Source: Eimeria praecox (Eukaryota). From it: a DNA stretch of 64,000 nucleotides. Shown here piece after piece: positions 37,384 to 51,852 of the stretch. The DNA lies in assembly GCA_963920595.1 (NCBI GenBank), contig OY986946.1, positions 5,952,001 to 6,016,000 on the forward strand. The letters are read 5' to 3'. Position 1 is the first letter of the stretch; each line of letters opens with the position of its first letter. The translations under genes and the position numbers were made by a program. The notes under the pieces were generated by a model. It saw nothing but the letters and a program-made list of their open reading frames with translations, did not search any database and was not told the DNA's origin.

Positions 37384-40091
37384 TATAAAAAAGAGACAGA
37401 CACAGACAGAGAGACAGAGAGACAGGGAGGAGACACACAAAAAGAGAGAAGAGAAGAGAAAGAAAGAGAGAGAGACAGAGACAGACAGAAAGACAGACAG
37501 AGAGAAAGAAGAAGAAGAAGAAGAAGAAGAAGAAGAAGAAGGAAGAAAGAAGAAGAAGAAGAAGGAAGAAAGAAGAAGGAAGAAAGAAGAAGAAGAAGAA
37601 GGAAGAAAGAAGAAGAAGAAGAAGGAAGAAAGAAGAAGAAGAAGAAGAAGAAGAAGAAGAAGAAGAAGAAGAAGAAGAAGAAGAAGAAGAAGAAGAAGAA
37701 GAAGAAGAAGAAGAAGAAGAAGAAGAAGAAGAAGAAGAAGAAGAAGAAGAAGAAGAAGAAGAAGAAGAAGAAGAAGAAGAAGAAGAAGAAGAAGAAGAAG
37801 AAGAAGAAGAGGAGAAAGAAGAAGGAAGAAGGAAGAAGGAAGAAGGAAGAAGGAAGAAGGAAGAAGGAAGAAGGAAGAAGGAAGAAGGAAGAAGGAAGAA
37901 GGAAGAAGGAAGAAGGAAGAAGGAAGAAGGAAGAAGGAAGAAGGAAGAAGGAAGAAGGAAGAAGGAAGAAGGAAGAAGGAAGAAGGAAGAAGGAAGAAGG
38001 AAGAAGGAAGAAGGAAGAAGGAAGAAGGAAGAAGGAAGAAGGAAGAAGGAAGAAGGAAGAAGGAAGAAGGAAGAAGGAAGAAGGAAGAAGGAAGAAGGAA
38101 GAAGGAAGAAGGAAGAAGGAAGAAGGAAGAAGGAAGAAGGAAGAAGGAAGAAGGAAGAAGGAAGAAGGAAAGAAGAGAAGAAGAAGAAGAAGAAGAAGAA
38201 GAAGAAGAAGAAGAAGAAGAAGAAGAAGAAGAAGAAGAAGAAGAAGAAGAAGAAGAAGAAGAAGAAGAAGAAGAAGAAGAAGAAGAAGAAGAAGAAGAAT
38301 AGAAGAAAGAAGAAGAAGAAGAAGAAGAAGAAGAAGAAGAAGAAGAAGAAGAAGAAGAAGAAGAAGAAGAAGAAGAAGAAGAAGAAGAAGAAGAAGAAGA
38401 AGAAGAAGAAGAAGATGAAGAAGAAGAAGAAGAAGAAGAAGAAGAAGAAGAAGAAGAAGAAGAAGAAGAAGAAGAAGAAGAAGAAGAAGAAGAAGAAGAA
38501 GAAGAAGAAGAAGAAGAAGAGAAGAAGAAGAAGAAGAAGAAGAAGAAGAAGAAGAAGAAGAAGAAGAAGAAGAAGAAGAAGAAGAGAAGAAGAAGAAGAA
38601 GAAGAAGAAGAAGAAGAAGAAGAAGAAGAAGAAGAAGAAGAAGAAGAAGAAGAAGAAGAAGAAGAAGAAGAAGAAGAAGAAGAAGGAGAAGAAGAAGGAG
38701 AAGAAGAAGGAGAAGAAGAAGGAGAAGAAGAAGGAGAAGAAGAAGGAGAAGAAGAAGGAGAAGAAGAAGGAGAAGAAGAAGAAGGAGAAGAAGAAGAGGG
38801 AGAAGAAGAAGAGGGAGAAGAAGAAGAAGGAGAAGAAGAAGAAGAAGAAGAAGAAGAAGAAGAAGAAGAAGAAGAAGAAGAAGAAGAAGAAGAAGAAGAA
38901 GAAGAAGAAGAAGAAGAAGAAGAAGAAGAAGAAGAAGAAGAAGAAGAAGAAGAAGAAGAAGAAGAAGAAGAAGAAGAAGAAGAAGAAGAAGAAGAAGAAG
39001 AAGAAGAAGAAGAAGAAGAAGAAGAAGAAGAAGAAGAAGAAGAAGAAGAAGAAGAAGAAGAAGAAGAAGAAGAAGAAGAAGAAGAAGAAGAAGAAGAAGA
39101 AGAAGAAGAAGAAGAAGAAGAAGAAGAAGAAGAAGAAGAAGAAGAAGAAGAAGAAGAAGAAGAAGAAGAAGAAGAAGAAGAAGAAGAAGAAGAAGAAGAA
39201 GAAGAAAGAGACAAACAGAAAGACGCAAAAAGAGAGAGAAAGATATTAATACAGAGAAAAACAAAAAACAAACAAACACAAATAAAACAAACAAAAACAA
39301 ATAAAACAAACAAAAACAAATAAAACAAACAAAAACAAATAAAACAAACAAAAACAAATAAAACAAACAAACACAAATAAAACAAACAAAAACAAATAAA
39401 ACAAACAAAAACAAATAAAACAAACAAAAACAAATAAAACAAACAAAAACAAATAAAACAAACAAACACAAATAAAACAAACAAAAACAAATAAAACAAA
39501 CAAGAAACAAAGAGAAGGAGACAAAGAAGAATAAAAACAGAAAAACAAACAGAAAGAGACAAACAGAGACAGAGAGAGACAGAGAAAGACAGAGAGAGAC
39601 AGAGACAGAGAGAGAGAGACAGAGAGACAGAGAGAGAGAGAGACAGAGAGACAGAGGGAGAGAGAGACAGAGAGACAGAGGGAGAGAGAGACAGACACAG
39701 AGAAGGTAAGAGACAGAAACAAAGAGAACGACAGCAGGACAGATAAAAAACAAAGACAAACAAAGACAGAGACAAAGAGACAGAAACAAATAGACAGAGA
39801 CAGAGACAGACAGAGACAGACAGAGACAGAGACAGACAGAGACAGACAGAGACAGAGACAGGCAGAGACAGAGACAGACAGAGACAGAGACAGACAGAGA
39901 CAGACAGAGACAGAGACAGACAGAGACAGAGACAGACAGAGACAGAGACAGACAGAGACAGAGACAGACAGAGACAGACAGAGACAGAAACAAGTAGAAA
40001 GAAACAAATAGATATAAACAAATAGACAGAGACAAATAGACAGAGACAAATAGGCATAAACAAATAGACATAAGCAGCATCAATCTCTCTA

Positions 40092-40148
<57 letters not shown>

Positions 40149-40393
40149 CAAAGGAGACAGTAGCTACTATCTCATATTATCTCATATACAAAATATAATT
40201 AACCTGAGAAGGAGTATCTATCACAGAGGACAACAAACCCCTGATCTAACCACAGCTGTATTTGTGTTTGTCTCTCCCAACGATTAGCAGCAAATAATAA
40301 ATGAAGAGCATGGTAATCTATACGAGATGCTCCAGATAAAATATCTTTTAAAACACCCCCTGTTGGTGTTGTACGATCTAAACAAATATAAAA

Positions 40394-40426
<33 letters not shown>

Positions 40427-40751
40427 AGCGGTTCAGACAAAGCGCTTAGGGTTTAGGAGGGGGGAGGGGACAGGGGGGAGGGGGTAGGGTTTGACGGGTA
40501 GGGTTTAGGGGGTAGGGTTTAGGGGGTAGGGTTTATGGGGCAGGGTTTAGGGGGTACGGTTTAGGGGGTAGGGTTTAGGGGGTAGGGTTTATGGGGTAGG
40601 GTTTAGGGTTTAGGGTTTGGGGATGTAGATGCATGCACAGACAGATAAGGGAAAGAGTCAGAATGTGCTGGAAAGCCGTTAACAGCAGCAGCAGCAGCAA
40701 CTGCAGCAGCAGCACCACCACCACCACCAGCAGCAGCTACGGCAGCAACAA

Positions 40752-40801
<50 letters not shown>

Positions 40802-40908
40802 GCAGCATTACCAGGGAAGGATATGAGTTTCGTTTTAACTCCTTCTTTGATTAGACGATCGTGAAGAAGTTTGGCTTGAGAGGTCTTCCCTGACCTAACA
40901 CAAAATAA

Positions 40909-40943
<35 letters not shown>

Positions 40944-41356
40944 ATATATAAATATATAAATAAATAAATAAATAAATAAATAAAAGAAGAAGAGGAAAGA
41001 ATGAGAAAGAAAGAAAAGAAAAACAAAAAGAAAGAAAAATAAATAATAATAAATAAAGTATAAATAAATAAATAATAAATAAATAATAGTAAATAAAATA
41101 AAAATAAATAGTAATAAATAAAGTATAAATATATAATAATAAATAAAGTATAAAGCCCTCAGATCATTGGGGTGTATGTACACCTCAAAAACCGCAGACT
41201 AAACAAATTGTGGGTTGAATCTATCTGTAAAGTGTTTATTTTTATTTTTGTTTTTATTTATTTATTTATTTATTTATTCATTTGATTGTTTGTTTATATG
41301 TTTTTTGTTTGTTGTTAGGGTGTACAGACAACAACGATATAAAGAAGAGACTAACA

Positions 41357-41405
<49 letters not shown>

Positions 41406-42078
41406 GGAGAGAGAGAAACAAACAGAAACAAATAAACACAAATAGACACAAATAAACACAAATACAAAATACAGAGAAATACAAACAAATACAAAAAAAC
41501 AGAGACACACAAATACAAACAAACAAAGCAAAAATTAAAATAAAAATATAAAAGAAGATAGAAATAAATAATAAACACAGAAAATAAAACAAGAGAGACA
41601 GAGAGAAGGAGACAGAGAGAGACAACAAGAGAGGAGACAGAAGAAAAATAAACAAAATCAAAAACAAAAACAAAGAAAAAGAAACACAGAGAGGGACAGA
41701 GATACAGAGACAGAGACAGAAAGAGACAGAAAGAGACAGAGAGAGACAGAGAGAGACAGAGAGAGACAGAGAGAGAGAGAGACAGAAAGAGAGACAGAGA
41801 GAGAGACAGAGAGACAGAGAGACAGAGAGAGACAGAAAGAGAGAGACAGAGACAGACAGACGGAAAGAGACAGAAAGAAGGAGACAGAAAGAGACAGAGA
41901 GTGACAGAGAGAGACAGAGAGAAACAGAGAGAGACAGAGAGAGACAGAGAGAGACAGAGAGAGACAGAGAGAGACAGAGAGAGACAGAGAGAGACAGGTA
42001 CAATGTGTCGTACCTATCTATACCTTCGAATACAATAAACAAACCTCTACAAGGTGGAGAGATGCTTGACGAGCACAT
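35534..42078 (-). CDS. tmk: Thymidylate kinase (dTMP kinase); exons 42078-42014, 40894-40812, 40377-40204, 36749-36360, 35748-35534; about 308 aa
   Basis: The spliced product has [18 protein letters not shown] (P-loop), [29 protein letters not shown] (DRY motif), APDRVFFLD and GGYGEEVYE. All phases are consistent. Confidence 0.95.
35906..36291. repeat. (GATATA)n/(GATA)n array in tmk intron 4
   Basis: Directly visible. Confidence 0.9.
37503..39208. repeat. ~1.7-kb near-pure purine (GAA)n tract with an embedded (GGAAGAA)n 7-mer block, in tmk intron 3
   Basis: Directly visible. The 7-mer block lies at about 37822-38170. Confidence 0.95.
40447..40619. repeat. G-rich telomere-variant array (alternating AGGGTTT/AGGGGGT) in tmk intron 2
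   Basis: A 14-bp period is visible at about 40500-40600. Confidence 0.8.
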
Positions 42079-42463
42079 CTTGTGTATTTTGTTTTATTTA
42101 TTTTTAGAGAAATAAATTATATTGATAGTGTTTATAATATTATAAATAATACAAATAATATAAATAATATAAATAATATATATTATATATATAATATATA
42201 TAATATATATTATATATTATATATATAATATAAAATATTATATAATATTGTATAATATTATATAATATTATAAAATATTATATAATATTTTATAATATTA
42301 TATAATATTATATAATATTATATAATAAAGAGTGTATCTTTGTTTTATACTTGTTTTATATTTGTTTATTTGTTTATTTATATTTTATTATAAGACGCAT
42401 CTCTCAGTTTTATTAAAACTTCTCTCTTTAATGATAAAGATATTATTATACACTTGTTTTATA

Positions 42464-42529
<66 letters not shown>

Positions 42530-43647
42530 ATTTTATATTATAGATATATACATACACACGAGGGGCTGCTGTTGTAGAAGGATAGAACAAAGTAAGTCTT
42601 TCAAATTTCTTTTATTAAATATAAAATATAAAAATGAGAGAATAATAAAAAAAACAGAAAAATAAAATAAGCTGCACATACACCGCAGACAGACAGACAG
42701 AGATAGACCTAACAGGGGGGGGGGGGGTTAGGGGTATAAACAAAGAAGATATATAAGTATAAATATATATATCTGTATCTATTTATTTAAAATATATAAA
42801 AAGAAGAAGTTAATTATAAAATATTTACTAAATAATAATATATTTTTAAAAAAATTGTTTATTTCAACACACAACAAACAACTCGCCCCTGCATGCAGAC
42901 AAAGCCCCATGTAGGATTAGACGAAACAAATAAGTAAATTAATTAATTAATATAATTAATTAATTAATTAATTAATTAATTAATTAATTAATTAATTATA
43001 TTAATTAGTATATAATAACAAATTCTAGATAAACAAAATACTAATAATAAGAAAAGATATACAAATAATAAATATTAAACAATAATATAAATAAACAAGA
43101 ATGTTAAGACAAACATACAACTCTGAAAGAAAGTACAAGATAAATATAAATAGTGATGTTCTTACCTTCTTATATTTATTAAATCTAACAGCCAGGAATA
43201 TCTGTTTAACAATTGTATACACTCTTAGACCTGCAATAGAAAGAAGAAAATAAAAAAAAAGGGGGGGGGGGGGGTTTAGGGCTTGGGGGGGAAGAGGAAG
43301 GAGGGGGGTTTAGGGTTTGGGGGGGAGGAAGGAGGTGGGGTTTTATATATATGAAGGGTGTTATTTGTGTTAGACGAGGGGCATCCCAAGCAAAATCTGT
43401 AAGAAGGTATATCTATAAAGATAAGGAGATAGCTTCTTTAAAAACAAATAAATATATCTTAATCAACATCCATCGAGTCTGGGTATGGTAGGGGGTCTAC
43501 ACTAGCTCAAGGTCTTTATGCTGCGGTGTCTGCGACTCCTGGAGACTAGAGAGAAATTTCTTTGGAAGAAACTCGATAGAGCAATCCTTGCTGTACCCCT
43601 CCTCCTTCAAGGTAACCATGTATGGGAGCAGTCTCTAGCCCTTTTTA

Positions 43648-43721
<74 letters not shown>

Positions 43722-46703
43722 GAGATGCAATCGTCAAAGATTTTCTTGGCCTACAGAAGCTATGCTGTACTCAATTAGAATGCATGCATCAACTTCAAGG
43801 ATATCTATCAGGCGCAGTCTGCCTCCTCGCTTCCTACATAGCACACGCCCTTGTGAGCTTAGGAGACCAACAAATGGTGAATGTACCGATAAGAGAAAGG
43901 AGTAAGAGAGGCTACAGAGGAGAACACAGCCAAGAGACAGAGAAAGAAGTAGAGGGAAAAGACGTGGGGCATCTACAGATGCTGCTGTTGTTTGCTGTTG
44001 CTGGTGCAGATCAGATCCCGCATAGCTATCGGAGTGGTGGTCTGACCACTGGTCAGTAAGGGGATCTCTATCGTGTGTGTCTGAGTTGGGAGAAGTGTTC
44101 ATTGGTGGCAGTCCCCCCTAACTAAAAGTATATAGTATATAATAAATGACAGCAGACCAGAAGCCTCGAGAAGCGAGTTAGTGTTGGCCTACAGGCAAAC
44201 CAATAGGGGAGCGATAAAGAATCACTGAAGGCGTTCTCAGCGGGGTCGTCAACCCAGCAATAGATAGATAGAGGTAGGGGGCGCAGATCACAGGAGGGGA
44301 TTTAGGGGAGCTGCATACAACGCAGCTGTAATAATATATGTCCCTCTGTACACGCCGCATAACATCTGTGGGGGAAAAGGTTTAAGATGCCCCACAGGCT
44401 CCTCTATAAATGTCTACGCTCCTAGTCACCTAAACTTAATCGATGACGGCTCGTATCGATTAACAAATATTCAATAGAAGTGTCGGTCTTATTGCTGTTG
44501 AATGTAGCACTCGCCCCCCCGTTGATATAATATATGACAAATGTTTCTCCCATTCCCAAGTCCTTTCTCTTTTCCACTTGTATCATCCTATGATGGTCTT
44601 TGAAGAAAAGTGTGAGAAATTATTTCTGAATACCTAAGTGCTATAATATATATAAAATAAGCGCTCTAGACATAGAAGGCGCATGTTAATGGGACAGGGA
44701 CACCCCCAAGGTTGGGCTACCCTGAAGCTAGAAGGGCAGAATTCTCCTGTGGGTGAGGAAGGATGTTTTAAACAAAATCGTAGGGATTCAAGACGTTGCT
44801 AGTAGACAATCGAGCAACCCGTCAACCGTAGTTATACTTGGGGGGGGGGGCCGGGGGGGGGAGGGGGGCGTAGTTGAAGTGTGCGTATTTGTTGAGTCTC
44901 TTCTAACAACATAAATGCTATCACAGCCTCTGACTGAGGGGAAAGACGTTCTACAATTCATTGGGATATCCGTCCAGCTATGGTAAAAAATCTCAAGATT
45001 TTGCTGGGCTTCCGAGTTCAGACTGTTCTTCTATGTTATTACCTGATCGTCTATGTAAGTACTCAGATTTGCAGGCCGAGAGTAGCACTCTACCAGCCCC
45101 CAGAAGCCTAGCGTGCTCCCCTCTCCCCCCCCCCTTCCCCAACTGCTGTATTGACCCCTCTATCACCCGTTGAAGCATGAATGATCATCGCACTTGGCTA
45201 GGAGCCTCAAGTACGAGTGTAGCCGACACTGGGCGTCTGCTCACCCAAGACAAGCATATCTTGAAGTAGTGAGCCATCGATATCTTCCCTTGTTTACGCC
45301 TTCGTATCTCGCGGGTTTTATTTTCTCCTTCAGGAACGGGGACAAGCCTACGCCGCAGCGCATGCAGGACACCTTGGGTACCCCGCATGCGCTCCACAAA
45401 AATGGGGCCCTTAGTTGGATACAGCTGTAGCTCTGTAGCTCTACTGTCTCCCGTTTCAATACGAGTAATAGCAATAGCTTCTGGAGCTCTGTTCTGTTGA
45501 CGAAAGTACGTCTTCAGAAGAGTCAGGGACTCCACTGCTTCGGGCTAGCTGCAGCCGTCACATGAGGAAGACGAACAAAGGTGCATGCATTTCCCTCCAA
45601 TCTTTTTAATTATTAAGACAATTTACGCTAGATAGAATGTAAATGCTACATTCCTTTCTGTGCAACAAGATAACCAGCCATATTGGAGTGATGGCCTTCC
45701 CATCTAACAGCACATGGTTATCACTCTAAATCCTCCTCCGAGGACAAAAGGGTTGAAGGGTTGAAGAATAGGCATAGGGTTTAGAGATCATAGGTGTCGG
45801 TGTCATTTCTTCTGTTTAGAATAAGTTTAGAACTTCTCTACAGAGCAAAGCAACTCAGCAGGCATTCTAGATTTGGTGGTGAGGCTCTCTCTGCTCTCGT
45901 CTGCTCCGACTAAACATACAGATTTACCAAATATAAATAAAATAGATAGAAAGAGACACTTGATAGCTGCAAAAGAGGGAAGCTACTCGAGATGACAGCC
46001 CCGAAAAGCAACAGAGTTCTCCCCACATACTAGGCCCGCTGGCTGCCGTGCAGCAAATAAAGCTGGCGTGGATTCAGGGTTGAGATGATACGGAGGGATT
46101 GGTTGCTGTGAGCTTTAACTCCACTTCTAATTTCTGCTGGAAGACAGCCCCAAAGGAGCGGTGTTGCTGCTTGCTTTTGATGCATGCGATGACGCTGGCG
46201 TCAATGCCTTCACAGAAGAATTCTTAACTAGCAACTGATGGGCTCCCCTTCTGTCCCCTTTGCTTTTCTCCCTCAGACACCGAAGAACCGGCGAGTTGTC
46301 GAGAAAGGAGACAGTCTCTCATGAGATGCTGCTCGCTCCCCCCCCCCCCATTCCCCCCCCTCCCCCCCCTCCCCCCTCCCTTCCCCCGCAACTAATACAG
46401 CAATACAGCCCCACCCGTCTAACAGCAAAACCCTCCTTCCTGCATGCACTAACTTTACAGAGTATTTTAAAACAGCCCCTTGGCCGTTCTCTCCCATCCT
46501 TGAAGCAATGATAGATACAAGCTACGATGAGCCTAATCCCCCTAAACACAACACCATTAACTATAGCTACCTGCTGTAGACAGCCTGAGCTACCCTCGAT
46601 GTCTCTACTTGACTGTCTCGTGAGTTTGTTACCTTCACCAGAAACCACAAGGCGTACGTACAGCTATAATATATATATATATATACATATATACATATAC
46701 ATA

Positions 46704-46755
<52 letters not shown>

Positions 46756-46808
46756 TACATATACATATACATATATATATATATATATATATACATATAT
46801 ACATATAC

Positions 46809-46856
<48 letters not shown>

Positions 46857-47332
46857 AAACCCCTCAAAGCATATATCTTATACTGCAGCAGGCTCTAGAT
46901 GAAGCCCCTCGGCTGTCTAATGGTTATCTGTGACGTTGTCACAGATGTATAGGAGACAAAATATATTATTAATTTTATTTACAACTATAAATACTCCTTC
47001 TCTGTTGCTAGTTATATATTAATTAAGAAAATTAATATATAATAATACAATAAATAATAAATAATAAATAAAAATAATAATAATAATAATAACAAATAAA
47101 AACAATCTGTTGCTGCAGCCGAAGCAGATTCGTGGGGTGGCGAGCGTCGCGGTTTGATAGTACTTGGGGGCCCCTGTCTGCTTTTGTTTCTGTAAATATA
47201 TTTAATTAAATTATTTAATTATTAATTAATATAATTAATTAAACAAGAAAGAAACAAATCGAATGGTGTAGCATCGATATTTTACGGGTTAGAACAGGTG
47301 CTGCTGCTGCTGCTGCTGCTGCAGCAGCAGCA

Positions 47333-47366
<34 letters not shown>

Positions 47367-47756
47367 GAGGGGTGTTCTTATAGAAGCATTTAGAGTATAT
47401 AAATATATGTCTGTAGTATATAAACGTAAAATTAATTTATTTTAAAACAAAATAATAAAATATTTGATATTAAATTGAGTTAATATACGATCGAAAGCAG
47501 CAGCAGGCCTATGCTAGAGGCCCCCCCCACGCCAGCTCTTCTCAGCACCCTTGTGGGTGTGGGGGTTTGTATGAAAGTGGTATTATATTGTATATAATTA
47601 TATTGCTTTTAATAAATATATTTAAATTTATATATAATTAAAACAAAAAATTAATAAAATAGATTTGTTTGTCTTAGAAAAGAGCGACAGAGAGAATCCC
47701 CCTAAGCACCCGCCGGCAGCAGCAGCCTCCTGCTGCAGCAGCGATATAATAATCTG

Positions 47757-47802
<46 letters not shown>

Positions 47803-48538
47803 TATTTGTGTTTGTTTTGTGGGGACAAGTGTGTATTATATTAAATAAACTTAATTATTTTTATTCTATTGTCTATTATAAGAAGAGTTTAATATTATAC
47901 TCGTATAGACAGCTGCAGTTACAGGGTAGAGGTGTTGTTGCTGCTGCTGCTGCTGCTGCTGTTTATTATATTTGCTGTTGCTGTTATTTGGGGGCTTAGT
48001 TTGTATTTTCTTCTTCTTCTTTTTTATTCTTTTTTATTTTAGAGAAGATATTTAAGAAAGAGACAGTATTATATTTGTTTGGGAGAGAGAGATTAGACCT
48101 GGTTTAACAGAGGGTATATATATATATCTATATCTATATATATATATATATATCTGTCTGCTCTCTCTCTTTCTCTGTCCTGTCCCTCTCTCTCTTTTCT
48201 TCTTTTCTCTTCTTATTATTCTTTTATATTTTACTCTTTTTATTCTTTTTATATCTAGAGAGACACCTTATAACCTGCCCCCCCCCCCCCCCCCCCTTCC
48301 CCCTCAAACACATCAAGATAATAATAATTGTTTTTGAAGAAGAGAGAAAGAGAGAGAGATGAACTAAGAAGATAAAATAAAAGATATTGGGGTGTATACA
48401 GACAGCAGAGTATAGAATTTTCTCTCTCTCTCCCTATCTCTCTAATAATAATATAAACTCTATACATATATCTATCTATATCTATATATATATCTATATC
48501 TCTGTATATAAATATATATCTACTATAAGCTAGAGAAG

Positions 48539-49765
48539 ATGGTTACAACGGCGTCTCCAGATATTTATCGTAGGGTGATCGAGTATGGTTTAAGGAAGAC
48601 ATCATTACGATTCGATCGCTTGTTACTTCAAGCATTTATGGCTGGGGTGTATATTGGTATGGCGGGTCAAGCGTGTAATATATTTGCTGGGGGAACACCC
48701 AACACGCCAGGTGACCCTCGGTCCGTGTCGAAGACCATGCAGAAGTTTATGTATGCTTCTATCTTCCCCACAGCATTTATAGCGATTATATTTACAGGAG
48801 CAGAGTTATTTACAGGGAATACAATGACGATGTTGATATGTTTGATTGAAAGAAGAATAACTTATCTACATTTAATTATTAATTGGGTTGGATCGTTCTT
48901 AGGGAACTGGTTAGGAGCATTATTTTCTGCTTATTTTCTATCTTATTTACCTGGGGGATATGATAAGGAACCATTATATAGTTATATGTGTTATGTACAA
49001 CATACAAAAATATCATATGGTTGGGGTAGTTGCTTCTTAAGAGGGATAGGATGTAATGCGTTAGTTTGTTTAGCTGTATGGAACGTGATAGGATGTGATG
49101 ATCCCGCAAGTAAGATATTATCATTGTGGTTTCCAATTGTATCTTTCTGTATGGCGGGATATGAACATATTATAGCTAATTTATATACATTACAACTTAC
49201 ATTGATGATAGGATGTGAGGACTCGTCTATTAAAGATGTGTTCCTAAATAATCTCATCCCTACGTTTTTAGGGAATGTTGTGGGTGGTTGTGTTCTTATT
49301 GGAGCGGTTTATTGGTATAACTTCTATCCTATTGAAGAATATTATCATAAACAATTAATACCTCCCCCATCCTCTGCTGCTGCTGCTGGTTGTGGTGCTG
49401 CTGCTGCTGATGCTGCTGCTGCTGCTGCAGCAGCAGCAGATAATGACTTCCCTATATCTAGGGTACATTCGAGAGCATCGGTAAGTCCGAGTATAATAGG
49501 GTTAGGAGTGAAGCAAAATACGGCATTTGGGGGGGCTGTTCCTTCTCAAACAGCCTGGGGGACATACGAGCATGTGAACAAAACACACTCGGAGAGTATG
49601 AGCAATGTAGGAAGCGCGCAGGGTGCTGCTGCTGCTGCTGCTGCTGCAGCAGCAGCAGCAGCAGCAGCAGGAACAACTGCTGTTGCCGTTCAACCGAACA
49701 CACAAAATCAAGCCTTTCAAACAAATGTATTCCCCAAACCAAAGACTGATAACGATGAGGAATAG
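48539..49765 (+). CDS. FNT: Formate-nitrite transporter family protein (apicomplexan lactate/formate-H+ transporter), 408 aa, intronless
   Basis: FNT motifs [53 protein letters not shown] and [13 protein letters not shown], with multiple TM segments. Confidence 0.95.
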   Translation: MVTTASPDIYRRVIEYGLRKTSLRFDRLLLQAFMAGVYIGMAGQACNIFAGGTPNTPGDPRSVSKTMQKFMYASIFPTAFIAIIFTGAELFTGNTMTMLICLIERRITYLHLIINWVGSFLGNWLGALFSAYFLSYLPGGYDKEPLYSYMCYVQHTKISYGWGSCFLRGIGCNALVCLAVWNVIGCDDPASKILSLWFPIVSFCMAGYEHIIANLYTLQLTLMIGCEDSSIKDVFLNNLIPTFLGNVVGGCVLIGAVYWYNFYPIEEYYHKQLIPPPSSAAAAGCGAAAADAAAAAAAAADNDFPISRVHSRASVSPSIIGLGVKQNTAFGGAVPSQTAWGTYEHVNKTHSESMSNVGSAQGAAAAAAAAAAAAAAAGTTAVAVQPNTQNQAFQTNVFPKPKTDNDEE

Positions 49766-49937
49766 ATAATGTGTTTTAAATAACAAGGAGGATATATGCT
49801 GCTGCTGCAGCAGAAACAGCAGCAGCAACAGCAGCAGCAGCAACAGCAGCAGATACTGCAGCAGCAACAGCAGCTGCAGCAGCAGATATTACAGCATCAA
49901 CTACGACGACGATGATGATTATAGAAGACTACGTTCA

Positions 49938-50005
<68 letters not shown>

Positions 50006-50133
50006 GCAACAGCAGCAACAACAACAGGTGCGACAGCTACAGCATCGAAGAAGAAGACATTGTTGAGAGTGAAGCAGCACGAGCATCTACAGCAGCAGAA
50101 GGGAGAAGACAAGGCAGGACTGCTGCTGCTGCT

Positions 50134-50167
<34 letters not shown>

Positions 50168-50482
50168 TAGTAGTAGCGGTGATCTTCCTCCAGGAGCAGC
50201 AGCAAGAGCAGCAGCTCCTGCTGCTGCTGCAGCAGCAGGAACCCTGCAGCAACAGCAGCAGTTGCTGCTGCTGCAGCAGCAGCAAATCGTTCTTCAGCTG
50301 TTGGTAGAGAACAACTGCAACAGTTGCTGCTGCTGCTGCTGCAGCAGCAGCAGCAGCAGCAACTGTTGCAGCAGGAGACCCATCAAGAGCAGCAGCAGCA
50401 ACAGCTGCTGCTGCAGGTGTTGATGATGCTTCTCCTGATGTTGCGTGTGTGTCTGTGTATACGGACGGCGTCCCTACATCTA

Positions 50483-50558
<76 letters not shown>

Positions 50559-51484
50559 GTTTGCTGCTCGAACTGTGTTGTTGGAGGATGTAGTTTTAGG
50601 GTTTTTGTGTTTGTTGTTTTTATTAGTTGTTTAGTGTTCTTATGTTTTTGTTTTTTAAATCTTAGATCGACAGCGTAGGTATCTAGGGTTTAGGGTTTAG
50701 GGTTTAGGGTTTAGGGTTTGTAGTTGAAGGTTAAGAGGAAGGATTCGAGGGAAGAAGAGATAAGCAAAGTATAACTCGAGTAGTAATAATAATAATATTA
50801 ATAATAGTAATAATATTAATAATTATTAATATTATTATTATAATTATTATTATTAGTTTTATTATAATATATTAATAGTATTAGTAATATTAATATATTA
50901 TTATTATTTTTATATTATTATAAATATAAATATTACTATTATTTATAATGATATTAATATAATAATAATATTATTATAAATATTAATATTACTAATAATA
51001 ATAGTAATATAAAAATATTATTATATGAGTATTATTAGAAATATTATTATTACGATTATATTAATATCAATAATATTAATATAGTACAATAATAATAATA
51101 ATATTAATAATAAAATTAGAAATAGTATTAATTATAATATTAATTATAATATTAATAATATTATTAATAGTAGTAATGAGAAGAATAGATTATAAAAAAA
51201 ATAAATAGAAAGAAGGAGAGGGGAGGGCGAGTTGATAGTTAGACAAATAAAATAAATTAAATTAAAATAAAATAAAATAAAATAAAATAAAATAAAATAA
51301 AATAGTTAGGGCGAGGGAGAATATGTAGTATAATAAACAATAAAGAGAAGAAAGAAAGACAAACAAATAAAACTAAAAAAAAGATGGGTTTAGGGTTTAG
51401 GGTTTAGGGTTTAGGGTTATTAGAGAATTAAGTGTATTAATGGAGACAGTTGAAGAATAAGAGAGAAGAGATTAAGAAATATAT

Positions 51485-51515
<31 letters not shown>

Positions 51516-51819
51516 TTTTATTCATTTATTTCAATTGTTTTAGATTTAGATTTGGGGTTTGTATATTATCTGTTTTTATTTGTTTTTATGTTTTAGATAA
51601 GTTAGTTATATTTAGATTAATAAATAATATTATCTATTATTCTAATATATATAATAGGAATAATATATAGTAGGTTGTTTATATTTATATTTATATTTAT
51701 ATTATTAAATAGCAATATATAATATTAGTAATATAATATAATAATACAATAATTATAAAGTATAGTTATTTAGAAATAAACTGTTTATAAAATATATGCA
51801 ATATCTATCTATCTATCTA

Positions 51820-51852
<33 letters not shown>

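Noticed and set aside
37090..40083. 997-, 978- and 302-aa poly-L/S/F/E/K ORFs
   Set aside because: They are translations of the GAA and GAGACA arrays in tmk intron 3.
45185..45535. 116-aa ORF as a possible retroelement or gene fragment
   Set aside because: It has a non-ATG start and no recognisable gag, RT, integrase or other motif.
49912..50307. ORF downstream of FNT as a readthrough or frameshift extension
   Set aside because: Stops occur in all three frames around the FNT stop and the sequence is CAG-derived, so it is most likely 3' UTR.
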